NCBI GenBank assembly: GCA_021513715.1
Contig: CP084167.1
Coordinates: 1,152,001-1,216,000 of the forward strand
Origin: Candidatus Heimdallarchaeum endolithica
GTDB taxonomy: Archaea; Asgardarchaeota; Heimdallarchaeia; Heimdallarchaeales; Heimdallarchaeaceae
Reading direction: 5' to 3'
DNA: 64,000 nucleotides
Below are positions 41,938 to 53,293 of the stretch, piece after piece (position 1 is the first letter of the stretch; each line of letters begins with the position of its first letter). The translations under genes were made by a program, and so were the position numbers. Below the pieces are notes generated by a model. The model worked only from the letters and a program-made list of their open reading frames with translations. It was not told where the DNA came from and made no database searches.

Positions 41938-44421
41938 ATGAAAATCATGACTAAAAAGACACTAAGAGAGATTATGAACAATAAATTCCGTAGTTTAAGT
42001 ATTGTACTTATAGTTGCAATAAGTTTAGGAATGCTAGTTGGTTTACGTGCGGCAGAGCCAGGTCTTTTTGCTACTTATAAATTAAATATGAGGGAACAAA
42101 ATGTTGCAGATGGAACATTTTCATTTACTCAAATGATTGATGAATCAAATGTTACCGCAATTTCGAACAATCAAACTTTCCTTCAACACTCAGACATCTC
42201 GGAGATTGAAGGAAGAATATTTTACAGTACTGAATTAATATTCAATGATGAATCTTTTAAAGCATATGTTATAGGAATAGATTTTCCGAATAAACTAAAT
42301 GTACTAAATATTGAGGAAAAAGCTGATGATATAGCTGATGATAACACAATATTAGATAAAAATAACAGCTGTTTAGTTGAAATAAGATTTGCTGGTCATA
42401 AAATCAAATTTCTGGGGCAAAATGTTCCTTTGAACGCTAATCTAACGGTTAATTTTATGGGTAATGATGTAAATTTAACAGTTAAAGGGATTGCGCAAGA
42501 TAGTTATTACACATATCTTGTTGATGAAATCTCTAAAATCCCTCTCCTCGGGAATCTGGCAGTAATATGGGTAAATATTGATACTGTTAGAAATTTACTG
42601 AATGTAAGTAAAACAGCAATTAATCAAATTTTGTTTACGGTAAAAGAGAGATTCAATAAAGATATGATATATAAAGCAGTGGGACATTTGACTAATTACT
42701 TTTCAGCAAACAATATTGAAACTAGTACAATTAAATTTACTATTTATGATGAAACAGATGAATACAATATGTTCTTAGGCGATGCAGGAGCAGCTGATAA
42801 GGCAGGATCTTTTTTCGCAACCTTAGGTTTAATTATATGTGTAGTAATCATTTCTAACACAGTTTCTAAACTTATATATTCTCAGAGAAAAAACATAGGA
42901 TTATTCCTAGCAATGGGTTCAAAGAAGAAAGAGATAGTTTTTCACTATTTAGGAATTGTTATGTTTCTATCGATTGTTGGAATTATTCTAGGAATTCCCC
43001 TCGCCTTGTATCTTATAATATCAATAGTTAAAGCTACTATAAAGATTTATGGTTTTCATTTAGTAGCTAAAACTATCCCACTTGATGAGTTTATTATTGG
43101 TACTACTGTAACTTTTGTTATTTGCGCTTTGAGTTCTGTTCTAAGTTCCTTACCCATTACTAGAACGACTCCTAGAGAAGCAATGAGTGTAGCTTTCTCA
43201 AGAATCACAATTACTGGAAAAACCCTAATTGAAAGATCTTTAAGTTGGATTCCTGTTCTGAATTCAATTTTCCTACGTATTCCTCTTCGAGAAGTATTTC
43301 TAAAAAAGAAAAAATCAATGATTACTATTCTTGCACTTACAACTTCTATGATTTTTCTTATAATCTCTGCTTCTATGATTTATAATGCTATAAGTTCAAT
43401 GGAGAAAAATTTCGATGTTTACAACAATTTCGATGTCAAAGTTACTTTTAGCGTACCTGTCCCCATTCAAAAAATATCTACATTCTTTAAAGAAAATAGT
43501 GATAAACTAGAAAATATAACATATCACGAAATATTTATGAGCTTTTACACAAAAATAATAAAAAACGATGAACTACTAACATGGTCTCAATTTGAATGCT
43601 ATCAAACAAACTCAACTTTACGTAATTATCATGTAATTAAGGGGGACGTTACTAAAAAAGAAGACTTAGGTAGCAGTACTATTTTATTGGGTAAATCGCT
43701 TGCTGAAAAATACGACATTAAGATAGGAAATAGTATTAACATTGGGATCTTAGGAAATTATACAGTAGAAGTAGTAGGATTAGTAGGTGAACTAGTAGAT
43801 TATTCAGTATTGTGGACAATCGAATCATTTCAAGAAAGTGGAGCAAATGCTTATTTTGGCATTCCTAAAAACTATATTAATGGGATAACATTTAATGTTA
43901 AACCAGGTACAGATCTAAAGATATTAAGAAAGATTTTCGAGGAAAATTTTTACATAGATACTTGGACAGATCAACAAACAGCAAGGAACTCAAGTTTAGC
44001 TTTACTCGAATCTTCTTTAGGAATATTGATGGTTTTCTTAGGAATTGGAATAGCTATTGGTATAATATTTTCTTTTCAAACTATGTATATGTCATTTATA
44101 GATAGACACCTTGATTTTATCGCTTTTAAGGCAATGGGAACAAAACTGAAACATATACGGAGGATAATCTTTATTGAAAATGGTATTTTAAGCCTATTTT
44201 CTTTGGTTTTATCAGTACCTATTGGATACATCACATATCGTTGGAGTATTGACTATATGATGGGAGATACATTTTATATTCCTTATATCATTCCATTATT
44301 TATATGGCCAATCATTCTCTTTCTTTCACTTTCGTCAATCTATTTAGCAACATTAAGATTGATGAGAAAAATCAAGAAGATGAAACTTGCTGATGAACTG
44401 AGACAAACAGGAGTATCTTAA
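41938..44421 (+). CDS. FtsX-like ABC permease (two repeats)
   Basis: two extracellular domains each followed by IGLFLAMG / FKAMG TM blocks. Confidence 0.9.
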   Translation: MKIMTKKTLREIMNNKFRSLSIVLIVAISLGMLVGLRAAEPGLFATYKLNMREQNVADGTFSFTQMIDESNVTAISNNQTFLQHSDISEIEGRIFYSTELIFNDESFKAYVIGIDFPNKLNVLNIEEKADDIADDNTILDKNNSCLVEIRFAGHKIKFLGQNVPLNANLTVNFMGNDVNLTVKGIAQDSYYTYLVDEISKIPLLGNLAVIWVNIDTVRNLLNVSKTAINQILFTVKERFNKDMIYKAVGHLTNYFSANNIETSTIKFTIYDETDEYNMFLGDAGAADKAGSFFATLGLIICVVIISNTVSKLIYSQRKNIGLFLAMGSKKKEIVFHYLGIVMFLSIVGIILGIPLALYLIISIVKATIKIYGFHLVAKTIPLDEFIIGTTVTFVICALSSVLSSLPITRTTPREAMSVAFSRITITGKTLIERSLSWIPVLNSIFLRIPLREVFLKKKKSMITILALTTSMIFLIISASMIYNAISSMEKNFDVYNNFDVKVTFSVPVPIQKISTFFKENSDKLENITYHEIFMSFYTKIIKNDELLTWSQFECYQTNSTLRNYHVIKGDVTKKEDLGSSTILLGKSLAEKYDIKIGNSINIGILGNYTVEVVGLVGELVDYSVLWTIESFQESGANAYFGIPKNYINGITFNVKPGTDLKILRKIFEENFYIDTWTDQQTARNSSLALLESSLGILMVFLGIGIAIGIIFSFQTMYMSFIDRHLDFIAFKAMGTKLKHIRRIIFIENGILSLFSLVLSVPIGYITYRWSIDYMMGDTFYIPYIIPLFIWPIILFLSLSSIYLATLRLMRKIKKMKLADELRQTGVS

Positions 44422-44472
44422 TTTTTCTTTTTCTTTCAAAAATTTTTTATTTGCTTTATCTTTTTTAAAATT

Positions 44473-45192
44473 ATGACTGAACTTTTATTTCGAGATGATT
44501 CATATTTAACCGAATTTAAAGCAAAGATACTTACCATTGAAGAAAATGCAGTGATTTTAGATAAAACAGCTTTTTCTTTTCAAGGAGGAGGACTTAAATC
44601 TGATACGGGTGTCATCACAACTCCAGAGGGAGTAGAGTTTGAAGTTACAAAAGTTTTATCTCAGAAGGGAAAAATTTTACATTTTCTTAATCCATCTCCT
44701 TCAGAGGATTTAGTGGGAAAGGAAATAACTGGTAAAATTGATTGGGAGAGAAGATTTAGACAGATGAGAATGCATACATGCCTTCATGCCATTTCTGCTA
44801 TACTTTACAAAAAATATGGGGTTCATGTCACAGGAGGAGATATTAAACCAGAAAAAAGCAGAGTAGATTTTGAAATTGACCATCTTAGAGAAGAACGAGT
44901 CAAAGAGATCAAGGAAGCAATAGATAAAATAATTGAAAAAGATCATCCTATATCTGTATCTTATATAAGAAGAGAAGAAGCTCTCAAAAATCTAGACCTC
45001 ATTCGTACAAAAGTTAACCTTATTCCTGAATCTATAAAAATTCTGCGTATTGTTGAGATAGAAGGGGTCGACATCCAAGCTGATGGAGGAGTTCATGTTA
45101 AAAGCACAAAAGAAATCGGTGAATTCATTCCTCTAAAAACTGAAAATAGAGGGAAGAATCATAAAAGATTATATTTTACTGTAAAACCCTAA
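44473..45192 (+). CDS. alaXM: alanyl-tRNA editing protein AlaX-M
   Basis: LDKTAF..QGGG..SDTG, IDWERR..MRMHTCLH, ADGGVHV. Confidence 0.92.
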   Translation: MTELLFRDDSYLTEFKAKILTIEENAVILDKTAFSFQGGGLKSDTGVITTPEGVEFEVTKVLSQKGKILHFLNPSPSEDLVGKEITGKIDWERRFRQMRMHTCLHAISAILYKKYGVHVTGGDIKPEKSRVDFEIDHLREERVKEIKEAIDKIIEKDHPISVSYIRREEALKNLDLIRTKVNLIPESIKILRIVEIEGVDIQADGGVHVKSTKEIGEFIPLKTENRGKNHKRLYFTVKP

Positions 45193-45522
45193 TCACGTTT
45201 ATTTTTTAAAAAGCCTAAAACGAACAACTAATCTTTAGAGTTACTATGGTTTTTAATTTTTTATTTATTATCTGTATTTTTTCACAATAGCTAAACATTT
45301 TGGAAATAGTAAGAACTATATTTTCATTAATAATTCTTTAAGGTATTAAAAACTTGATGATTTTTGAACATTTTTTCAATAACTAATACACTCAAACAAT
45401 TTTCTAATAAAATGCTATATTAAACGACAACATTAAAACAAGTTTAAAAAAATCTAATCTAAACTTAACCAAAACCTTAAAAATGTTTGAAAAAAACCCA
45501 ACAACAAGAATAAATAGATATT

Positions 45523-46446
45523 GTGATGTACATGAACAAATCGAAAATTTTTGGAATACTCCTAACATTAACAATGGTTGGTTTGAGTTTAACATCCTCC
45601 TCATTAAATAGTCTAGCTTATGATCAACTTGAAGAAATGAATTCACTAAGAGCAACAGTCATAAAACCACATGACATCATCAGCCAAGATTATCTTAACG
45701 CTTTTTCGTATTCTAACCAAATCAGGATTGGAAAACTGATTAAGTTTAATGTAAGAGATCTTGAACGAACTGAGGATATTCATGTTCAAGAAGGAGACAA
45801 GAGGATAAAGAAAGGAGATAAAATTATTATTAGAATTGAGGCAGAACCTGATTTGAATCTGAACCACCCTGATCAATGGGCTCTAATTTATGTCAATGAC
45901 GTTAAAGCTCTTTACGCCAAAGAATCATACCAAATTGCTCGCTTTTTCCATTACATATTACCAAAAACTGTTAATATTTCGATGGTTGATTTTGCTCAAG
46001 ACTTAGATGGTTCTATGTTTGGAAATTATCCAATTGGAACAGAAGTAGTTAGTTTCTTCGATTTTGTAAAATACTTTAAAGAAACAGGAAATCCTGACTT
46101 CCAAACATGGGAATTTGAAGGAAACACAGCAATTTATGAATACGATCAGATTATAGCTACAGGGAACACTTCACATACAAAATTAATTTACGATATGGAT
46201 TCAAGTTTCTTAAATGAATACTACTATTCTGAAGTTCATACAGTCAATGGAGAAGTAGTTGGTAGCGCAAATATGACTTTAATTAGAACTCACGGATGGG
46301 GACTTCCTTATAATGTTAGTACTTTAGTTGTTTGGATACCAATTCTAGTCTTTACAATAGCAATTATTATAGCTATTAGATTAAAGGTTGCCCAAAGAAT
46401 TAAAATCTACTTTGAAGCGAAAAAACTAGCAAAGAGAGAAGGGTAG
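45523..46446 (+). CDS. secreted, membrane-anchored hypothetical protein
   Basis: signal peptide and C-terminal TM helix with basic tail. Confidence 0.7.
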   Translation: MMYMNKSKIFGILLTLTMVGLSLTSSSLNSLAYDQLEEMNSLRATVIKPHDIISQDYLNAFSYSNQIRIGKLIKFNVRDLERTEDIHVQEGDKRIKKGDKIIIRIEAEPDLNLNHPDQWALIYVNDVKALYAKESYQIARFFHYILPKTVNISMVDFAQDLDGSMFGNYPIGTEVVSFFDFVKYFKETGNPDFQTWEFEGNTAIYEYDQIIATGNTSHTKLIYDMDSSFLNEYYYSEVHTVNGEVVGSANMTLIRTHGWGLPYNVSTLVVWIPILVFTIAIIIAIRLKVAQRIKIYFEAKKLAKREG

Positions 46447-46570
46447 GGTTACCTGTTTTTTCTTTTTTATTTTCAAATTTCATTTTTTAATTTATTGTTT
46501 TCCGAACAAAAATAATTTTTAAATATATCTTTCTACATCGTATTACTTCCCTAGAAAAAGAGGTGAACAA

Positions 46571-48109
46571 ATGCCAAACATGAAAACTAAACAAATAGAT
46601 GTTAACGTTGACAATAATATTGTAATAATAAATGAAAAGACTTTAGATAATGAGAAAATTAAACATTCTTCTTATGTAAAAATAAGGAGTAAAGACAAAG
46701 AAGTTTTATGTCAAGTTGTAGCTACAACTTCACTGATACCTGAAGGTTATGCTGGTTTAACTCCTAAAATTATTAGTGAATTAAAAGTAAAAGAAGAAGA
46801 TGTTGTAAATATTTTTGCTAGAAAAATTCCTCTATCAATTGAATATGTAAAGAAAAAAAGAATGGGAACAATCTGGACAGAGAATCAGATTAGGCAAATT
46901 GTAAATGATATTTGTGCTGGTCAATATACAGATTTAGAAATTGGAATGTTTACTCTTTCCCAATATTTTATTGGATTAACAATGGATGAAATAGCCTCTC
47001 TAACTAAGAATATGGCAGAATATGGCACAACTTTACAGTTTGGAGAGCCTGTTTATGATAAACACAGCATAGGTGGAGTTCCAGGAAATAAAGTTAGTCT
47101 ACTAATTGTTCCTATAGTAGCAGCTGCAGGATTACTTATTCCTAAAACTAGTTCTCGTGCTATTACAAGTCCATCAGGAACAGCAGATACAATGGAAGTT
47201 TTAGCTGAAGTTAACTTTTCAGCAGACGAAATACTTGAAATCGCACCAAAAGTAAGAGGAATGCTAGTATGGGGAGGTACCCTTGATTTATCTCCACTAG
47301 ATGAAATAGTGATACACAAAGTAGAACGTCCATTAAGCATTGATCCCCATAGCCAAATGCTAGCAAGTATTTTTAGTAAAAAAATATCCACTGGAGTAGA
47401 TTACTTAGTATTAGATATGCCTACTGGAACTGGAACAAAAATGCCTACAAGAGAGGATGCAATAAACTATGCTCATGAAGCAACAGAACTTGGTAGAAGA
47501 CTCGGAATCAGGGTAGAGGCAGCATTAAGTTATGGAGATCAACCTGTAGGACGAGCTATTGGACCAGCTTTAGAAGCAAAAGAAGCTTTGTTAACTTTAG
47601 AAGGTAAAGGATCAAAGAGTGTTCTTGAGAAAAGCATAGAACTAGCTGGAATACTATTTGAGATGGCAGGATTAGCTCCTCCAACAAAAGGTTCAGAATT
47701 AGCTCTTAAATACATCAAGAGCGGTAAAGCCAAAGAAAAAATGGAAGAGATTATAGGAGTACAAGGCGGAGATCCATCAATAAAACCAGAAGACATTCCT
47801 GTTGGAAGTAAAACACAAACAATTGAATCTCCTCATGATGGATACATCGTAAAGTTATCTAACTCTGCTGTTAAAAAAATCGCTTTTACTGCTGGAGCAC
47901 CAAGACATAAAGAAGCAGGTGTTTACTTACATAAGAAGATAGGAGAATTTGTAAGAAAAGGAGAGCCACTATATACAGTCTATGCCAATAGTGAAGGAAG
48001 GCTTACTGATGCAGTAAATGTTGGAGCTAATCTTCGACCTTACTCTATTGAAGGAATGATAATTCAAAGAATTTCTTCAGGTCCTAGAAACCAAGATATA
48101 AAAGAGTAA
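46571..48109 (+). CDS. deoA: AMP phosphorylase
   Basis: DKHSIGGVPGNK, PKTSSRAITSPSGTADTME, GPALEA, archaeal N-terminal extension. Confidence 0.95.
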   Translation: MPNMKTKQIDVNVDNNIVIINEKTLDNEKIKHSSYVKIRSKDKEVLCQVVATTSLIPEGYAGLTPKIISELKVKEEDVVNIFARKIPLSIEYVKKKRMGTIWTENQIRQIVNDICAGQYTDLEIGMFTLSQYFIGLTMDEIASLTKNMAEYGTTLQFGEPVYDKHSIGGVPGNKVSLLIVPIVAAAGLLIPKTSSRAITSPSGTADTMEVLAEVNFSADEILEIAPKVRGMLVWGGTLDLSPLDEIVIHKVERPLSIDPHSQMLASIFSKKISTGVDYLVLDMPTGTGTKMPTREDAINYAHEATELGRRLGIRVEAALSYGDQPVGRAIGPALEAKEALLTLEGKGSKSVLEKSIELAGILFEMAGLAPPTKGSELALKYIKSGKAKEKMEEIIGVQGGDPSIKPEDIPVGSKTQTIESPHDGYIVKLSNSAVKKIAFTAGAPRHKEAGVYLHKKIGEFVRKGEPLYTVYANSEGRLTDAVNVGANLRPYSIEGMIIQRISSGPRNQDIKE

Positions 48110-48111
48110 AA

Positions 48112-48573
48112 TTACTTTTTAGTATCTTTTTTCTCTTTTTTTGCTTTTTTTTCAAACATCATCCTATGCATATAGAGAGATTGATCAACGAATTTCAGTT
48201 CAAAGCCTAATTTTTCCCAAAAACCTGCTACAAAAGGAGTACATGATAAAATTATTGTATCGTTTTCAAGTACTTTTTCAAGCAAGAGTTCTGCACACTT
48301 TCTACCGTAACCTAGTCCCCTTTTATCCTCTCTAACTTCAAAAACATAAATTATTGGTGAGCCATAAGTATAAAAACTCCCATTATTTAATTCATCGTCA
48401 GGAATAACTGCAGAAACTGCAACCATTTTATCTTTTAAAAAAAAGCCATAAATTTGAATTGAATCATCAATAGAAATTTTATATGAAATAAAAAATGGGA
48501 AGAGAACATCTGAAACATCGTCTACACTTATAAGTACTACTCTAATCTCTTCATTTTTCGTAATAATTTTCAC
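48112..48573 (-). CDS. GNAT family N-acetyltransferase
   Basis: FEVREDKRGLGYG, GFWEKLGF. Confidence 0.85.
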   Translation of the reverse strand: MKIITKNEEIRVVLISVDDVSDVLFPFFISYKISIDDSIQIYGFFLKDKMVAVSAVIPDDELNNGSFYTYGSPIIYVFEVREDKRGLGYGRKCAELLLEKVLENDTIILSCTPFVAGFWEKLGFELKFVDQSLYMHRMMFEKKAKKEKKDTKK

Positions 48574-48689
48574 TGTTTTACCCCCTAAATATAGCCATAT
48601 CCTCTGTTATTTTATTGATTACTGCTTTGCTTTTTTAGTGTAGCTAAAGAGGAAAAGGTTTTTTACTTAAGTAATCAATTTTTATAAGA

Positions 48690-49883
48690 ATGTCTCCGTT
48701 TAACTTCGTAGAAGAAGCTATGATTGGAAGATCAGTTTTTAAGAACGAATCTTCCTTGTTCCCAGAATATGTTCCTCAAGAGCTTCCTTGTAGAGAAGAA
48801 GAGATTAAACGTTTAGCTCAAAATTTCAGAATACTGATAGAGGATGAAGGTTCTTTTTCAGTTAATGTTGCAATAGTAGGACAAGCAGGAGTTGGAAAAA
48901 CTGCATTATGTAAATATACAATGGAAAGAGTTGAACAAATAGCAAATCAAAGAAATAGAGCAGTAAAATTTGTTTACTATAATTGTCATTCATTTAGAAG
49001 CAAGACAGCAATACTTAGAAATATTTTGACTGAACACTTTGGAATTAGATCCAGAGGTTTTAGTGACGAAGAAATTTTAGAGATGCTTGTCAAGAGATTG
49101 TCTAAAGAAGGAATTAGACTAATTATAGCACTAGATGAAGCTAATATGCTTGATTCACAAGATATCCTAAGCATATTTCATGCAGGTGAATATTTTGGTT
49201 CTAAACACAGCATGATTTCTACAATAATCATTTCTCGTCCTGTAGAATGGTCTTCACTCCTAAATGTCCCGCTTTCAGGTCATATTCATGACCAAATGGA
49301 TATTCAAGGATATACCCGTGAAGAAATTTTGGAGATTCTGAAATACAGAGCAGAGATCGCTTTATATGAAACTTCTTATTCAGAAGAAACATTACAATTA
49401 ATTGCTGATATTTCTTCAAGTTCTAGAAATGCTCGCCACGGGCTAGAGATCTTATACCGTGCAGGTAAAATAGCAGATAGAAAAGGAGAAAAGTTCATCA
49501 AACCTGACTACATTCGCGCAGCTAAAGCAGATGTTTATCCAGAATTAAGGAGAGATGTCTTCAAAGAACTAAAAGAACAAGAATTAGCTGCAGCTTTAGG
49601 TGTTGGAAGAAGTTTAAGGGTAGAAGGAGTTACTGCAACAACAATAGATGAAGCTTATGAATATTATATAGTAGCATGTGAAGAGTTCAATATCGAAACT
49701 AAAAGTAAGTCTACTTTTAGGAGTTCAATTGAAATATTAAATAAAGTAGGCATTTTAAGTAAATCAGTTGGGCCTATAGAAACAGGAAAAAGAGGAAGAA
49801 GAGCTAAAATCACAACCTACGACATCCCAGTTTCAGTTTTAATTGAAAGAATAGAAAATATTCTAAAACAAAAAGTAATGTAA
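48690..49883 (+). CDS. cdc6: Orc1/Cdc6 replication initiation protein
   Basis: YVPQELPCREEE, GQAGVGKT, IALDEA, NARHGL, C-terminal wH with GKRGR. Confidence 0.93.
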   Translation: MSPFNFVEEAMIGRSVFKNESSLFPEYVPQELPCREEEIKRLAQNFRILIEDEGSFSVNVAIVGQAGVGKTALCKYTMERVEQIANQRNRAVKFVYYNCHSFRSKTAILRNILTEHFGIRSRGFSDEEILEMLVKRLSKEGIRLIIALDEANMLDSQDILSIFHAGEYFGSKHSMISTIIISRPVEWSSLLNVPLSGHIHDQMDIQGYTREEILEILKYRAEIALYETSYSEETLQLIADISSSSRNARHGLEILYRAGKIADRKGEKFIKPDYIRAAKADVYPELRRDVFKELKEQELAAALGVGRSLRVEGVTATTIDEAYEYYIVACEEFNIETKSKSTFRSSIEILNKVGILSKSVGPIETGKRGRRAKITTYDIPVSVLIERIENILKQKVM

Positions 49884-49907
49884 AAAAAGATCCTTACAAA
49901 ATCTAAT

Positions 49908-50156
49908 CTATTCAACACAGATCATAGTCATCGAATCTTTAACTCCTTCCACAATAACTTTGTTATTTAACACTTGATTTTTCAGTTCATCCATACTATC
50001 AAAGGTAACTTTTACAATTAAATCATAAATTCCATATACAGCATGAATTTCGTTTACACCCTTTAACATTGATAATTTTTCACGTACTTCTTCTAACTTT
50101 CCTGGTTGAACATTTAATAGAATATATGCTGACTGAGTCATAATATCACATCTCAA
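49908..50156 (-). CDS. Lrp/AsnC ligand-binding-domain-only protein
   Basis: AYILLNV.PG, VYGIYDLIVKV. Confidence 0.85.
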   Translation of the reverse strand: MRCDIMTQSAYILLNVQPGKLEEVREKLSMLKGVNEIHAVYGIYDLIVKVTFDSMDELKNQVLNNKVIVEGVKDSMTMICVE

Positions 50157-50383
50157 ACTTATAAATCAACAAAAAAAAATGAATATAAAAGTTTAAACAT
50201 CTGGACATCAATTCAATTTTTGTACATTTTTTACTCCTATCTTGCTCTAATGTTAAATATTTAAAAAAATGGCTAAACTCCTAGAACTGAAAGAGAAAGT
50301 TTAATCGCTCTTCAATTTTCTAAACAATCAATAGGTTTCTACAGAATAAATATCTGTCTTAATCTCAGAAAAAGAAAAAGAAG

Positions 50384-51595
50384 TTAGGTAGCTATACGTA
50401 ATTTTGCTTTACAAGTTGGACAAGTTCCTTTTTGAATAATCCATTGATAAAGATGATTTTTGTGGAAAATATTATCGCAAGAAGGACAACGAATAGAATT
50501 TTCAAGGTCATTAATACTTTGGAAGCAAATACCACATTTAAGTCTCATCTTGGATGTACCAACAAGTTTAAAATCCTTAGGAATTGAAGAAAAGTCCACT
50601 CTAATTGCATTTTCAGGTGAATATTGTGCTTTTTTATACTTTGAGGAAGGATGAAATTCAAAGCTTTGATTCTGTTTTTTTCTTCTTTTTCTAAACATAA
50701 TTAGTACAATTACAAAAACAGAGATAAAAAAAGGGCCAGAATAGAGCGATATTCGAAGAAGAACTACAATGAATCTTAAAAATGCAAAGAATTCTTCACT
50801 CTCATACCATTTTTCTATTTTAAAACTATACTCTCTACCAGAATCAATGGGAATAGAAGAAATAGGGCTATCTGTTTTGACTAGAAATAGTCTGACAATG
50901 TTTAGTTCTATAGCATGATCATAAAAAAGACTTATTGAAGCAAAAGAGGAGGGTATTTTTGTCTCATTGAAAACAATAGAAAACCATTCAACTTTTTTGA
51001 TGCTTTCTGTTAGTATTAACTGAGAAAAAATATGAGAAGTAGGTCCTTCAAATGTCCAAGAATAAATAGTATTGTTAGATTGATTGCGTATTGCGATATC
51101 AAGGCTGGAAATGTTTTCATCGTAAAAAATAATATTAATATGTAGTTTCTTTAGCTCTGTAAAATGATCTGGAATTCGTTCTAAACTAAAATATAGTTTA
51201 TTTGTTTGAGACAAGTTTACCAGAGAATTATAATTCCAAATTGTAGGATTAAAATTATTTAAACTCCAAGAGAAAACAATTTCTTGAACAAATGAGTTTT
51301 CAAACTTCAATACGTAAATTCCAGGTTTTAATTCATTTGTTTTAAGATAATGCTCCTTTTCATCTTCGACGCTGATCAACCAACTATGAAGAATAGTCTC
51401 ATCTTCTTCTTCAAGAAGGAATATAGTAAGCCCAGTATATTCATCTTCCAATAGGATTTTACCCCAAACATTTACTAAAACTGAAATTTCAAGAGTTATA
51501 GGCTCATCAATATAGAGGTAGTATTTTACATTGGAGAATACATCATTTAGCTTTACAGAAAAAGATGAATCCAATCCTTTTTCATTGAAATTCAT
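50384..51595 (-). CDS. single-pass membrane protein with C-terminal RING finger (putative E3 ligase)
   Basis: beta-rich N-terminal region, TM + RKRRKK, CGIC-x12-CPSC-x4-HKNH-x10-CPTC with conserved W. Confidence 0.82.
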   Translation of the reverse strand: MNFNEKGLDSSFSVKLNDVFSNVKYYLYIDEPITLEISVLVNVWGKILLEDEYTGLTIFLLEEEDETILHSWLISVEDEKEHYLKTNELKPGIYVLKFENSFVQEIVFSWSLNNFNPTIWNYNSLVNLSQTNKLYFSLERIPDHFTELKKLHINIIFYDENISSLDIAIRNQSNNTIYSWTFEGPTSHIFSQLILTESIKKVEWFSIVFNETKIPSSFASISLFYDHAIELNIVRLFLVKTDSPISSIPIDSGREYSFKIEKWYESEEFFAFLRFIVVLLRISLYSGPFFISVFVIVLIMFRKRRKKQNQSFEFHPSSKYKKAQYSPENAIRVDFSSIPKDFKLVGTSKMRLKCGICFQSINDLENSIRCPSCDNIFHKNHLYQWIIQKGTCPTCKAKLRIAT

Positions 51596-51804
51596 GAAAT
51601 TAAAAAACTTTTCAGCAAAAGCAAATTTCTATGGACTAATCTCCTTAGCATGCCCAGAATGGAGTAAAGGAGAATACTTCTATATTCAAGAAAATTACAA
51701 GGCAAATGTTACAACATCTAGAGCAGATGTGTTAATGATATTTGTACCATTTGTAATAACATTCATCATCAATAAGAGAAGAAAGAGAAGAAAAAAATAA
51801 CAAT

Positions 51805-52479
51805 TTAATTATCAACTAGCTCTTGAGTAATAGAAAAACTAGTTTCAGCCTTAATTTGGCTGTAAAACTTTTTTAGTATTTTTAGCCGTCGTTTAGCAAG
51901 TTTTTGGGTAAAACGAAAATGCATCCTTGAGGGAAGAAGGAAAAGTTTCTCATCAAAATGGAGTAACATCTCATCTATGTCTCTATTGTGTTCTAAACTA
52001 AAAGAAATTACACGAAAAAGACCGATAGAACCTAAAGCATCCAACATATCAGCATCTTGTAAGATTTTACCCTCAATACTCGTAGGCTCCCTACTTTTAC
52101 TGAAACGATGTTCAAGAATATTAAGACGAACCTCCTCTGCTAAATCAGGAAAACCTCGCTCAGAAAGAAAGTCAAAAGCTATCCTTGAGCCTAGTTCAGC
52201 ATGGCACTCTCCAGTTTTAGACTCTTCTGGACGAGCAACATCATGAAAGAGTGCGCTTAACAAACAAACATCAATAAAAGCATGGAGCTTAACTCCAATA
52301 GAATAACATAAGTCAATAACACGAAGAGTATGCTCAAAAGAATGAGTAGAAGAATCATTGTCTAATCTAGAAGAAACAAAAGAATAACAGTCTCGAAAGA
52401 GCTGAAGAAATAAAGAATAATCAAGAATATATCTGGCTTTGTAATAAGAAAGCATTATAAAAAGAAAAGAAAAAAACAA
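51805..52479 (-). CDS. HD-domain phosphohydrolase
   Basis: HSFEHTLRV, LFHDVAR, HAELG, HRFS, LQDADMLDALG. Confidence 0.92.
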   Translation of the reverse strand: MFFSFLFIMLSYYKARYILDYSLFLQLFRDCYSFVSSRLDNDSSTHSFEHTLRVIDLCYSIGVKLHAFIDVCLLSALFHDVARPEESKTGECHAELGSRIAFDFLSERGFPDLAEEVRLNILEHRFSKSREPTSIEGKILQDADMLDALGSIGLFRVISFSLEHNRDIDEMLLHFDEKLFLLPSRMHFRFTQKLAKRRLKILKKFYSQIKAETSFSITQELVDN

Positions 52480-52598
52480 CTATTAATCTTTTCTAAAAAA
52501 AAGGAAAAAATGCTTAAAAAAACAAAATTTAGAATCGATAGAAAATTTTAAATGATAAAATAAAAAGAAAACTGTAGAAAGAAAGGAAAAAACAAAAA

Positions 52599-52675
52599 GA
52601 CCGGGTAGTCTAGCTTGGTATGATACATGCTTGGGGTGCATGTGATCCGGGGTTCAATTCCCCGCTCGGTCACCA
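52599..52675 (+). tRNA. tRNA-Pro(GGG)
   Basis: acceptor GACCGGG/CTCGGTC + ACCA; anticodon arm CATGC-TTGGGGT-GCATG; T-arm GGTTCAATTCC. Confidence 0.95.
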
Positions 52676-53293
52676 TCTGTTTTCTCCAACTACAGCCAGT
52701 CTAGTGAGAATATAATTTTGTCATTTTCAAGCAGTGGAAATGAATTAATCACTATTTCCTCTATTGAGAATCAGTTTCCATTTCCAAAGATATTTTTCCA
52801 AGTTCGCATAGGTTACTAAAGCCTCAGCTAAATCAATGGTGCTAAAGCCAGTATTAGCCATTAATATCTCAAATACTTCTTTCAATTTAAGGACAAAAGA
52901 ATCATCGATATAATTTTTTCAAGACCATCATACGCTTTTAATATACCCACACTTATGTGGAATTTCAATAGATCTATTCCTTTTAGTTCATTTATAGCGT
53001 CTATTTCTTGTTGGCTTCTTACCATTGTATATATTTTTGTGTATAATATATCTTCCTCTGTTGGTTTTTTGATAATTGCTCCATTAAAATCTTTTATTAT
53101 TACTGTTGCTGGTATAGTTACATTTTCACTGTATAGTTTTATTAGTACATCTATTATCATTCTTTCTTCTGTTCCTTCTGTTGTGTATTTTTCTTTATAT
53201 TTTTCTAGGTATTCTTTTGTTAGTATTTTATTTTCTCTTTTTGCTTTATTTCTTATTTCATCATATAATTTCAATGCTTTATTTTCTGTACTA

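Noticed and set aside
39611-47796. Long antisense ORFs over ade, the ABC ATPase and AMP phosphorylase
   Set aside because: Fully nested opposite well-supported conserved genes
48574-48689. Replication origin immediately flanking cdc6 (also checked 50157-50383 and 45193-45522)
   Set aside because: AT-rich, but no repeated ORB-like boxes with G-strings were found by eye
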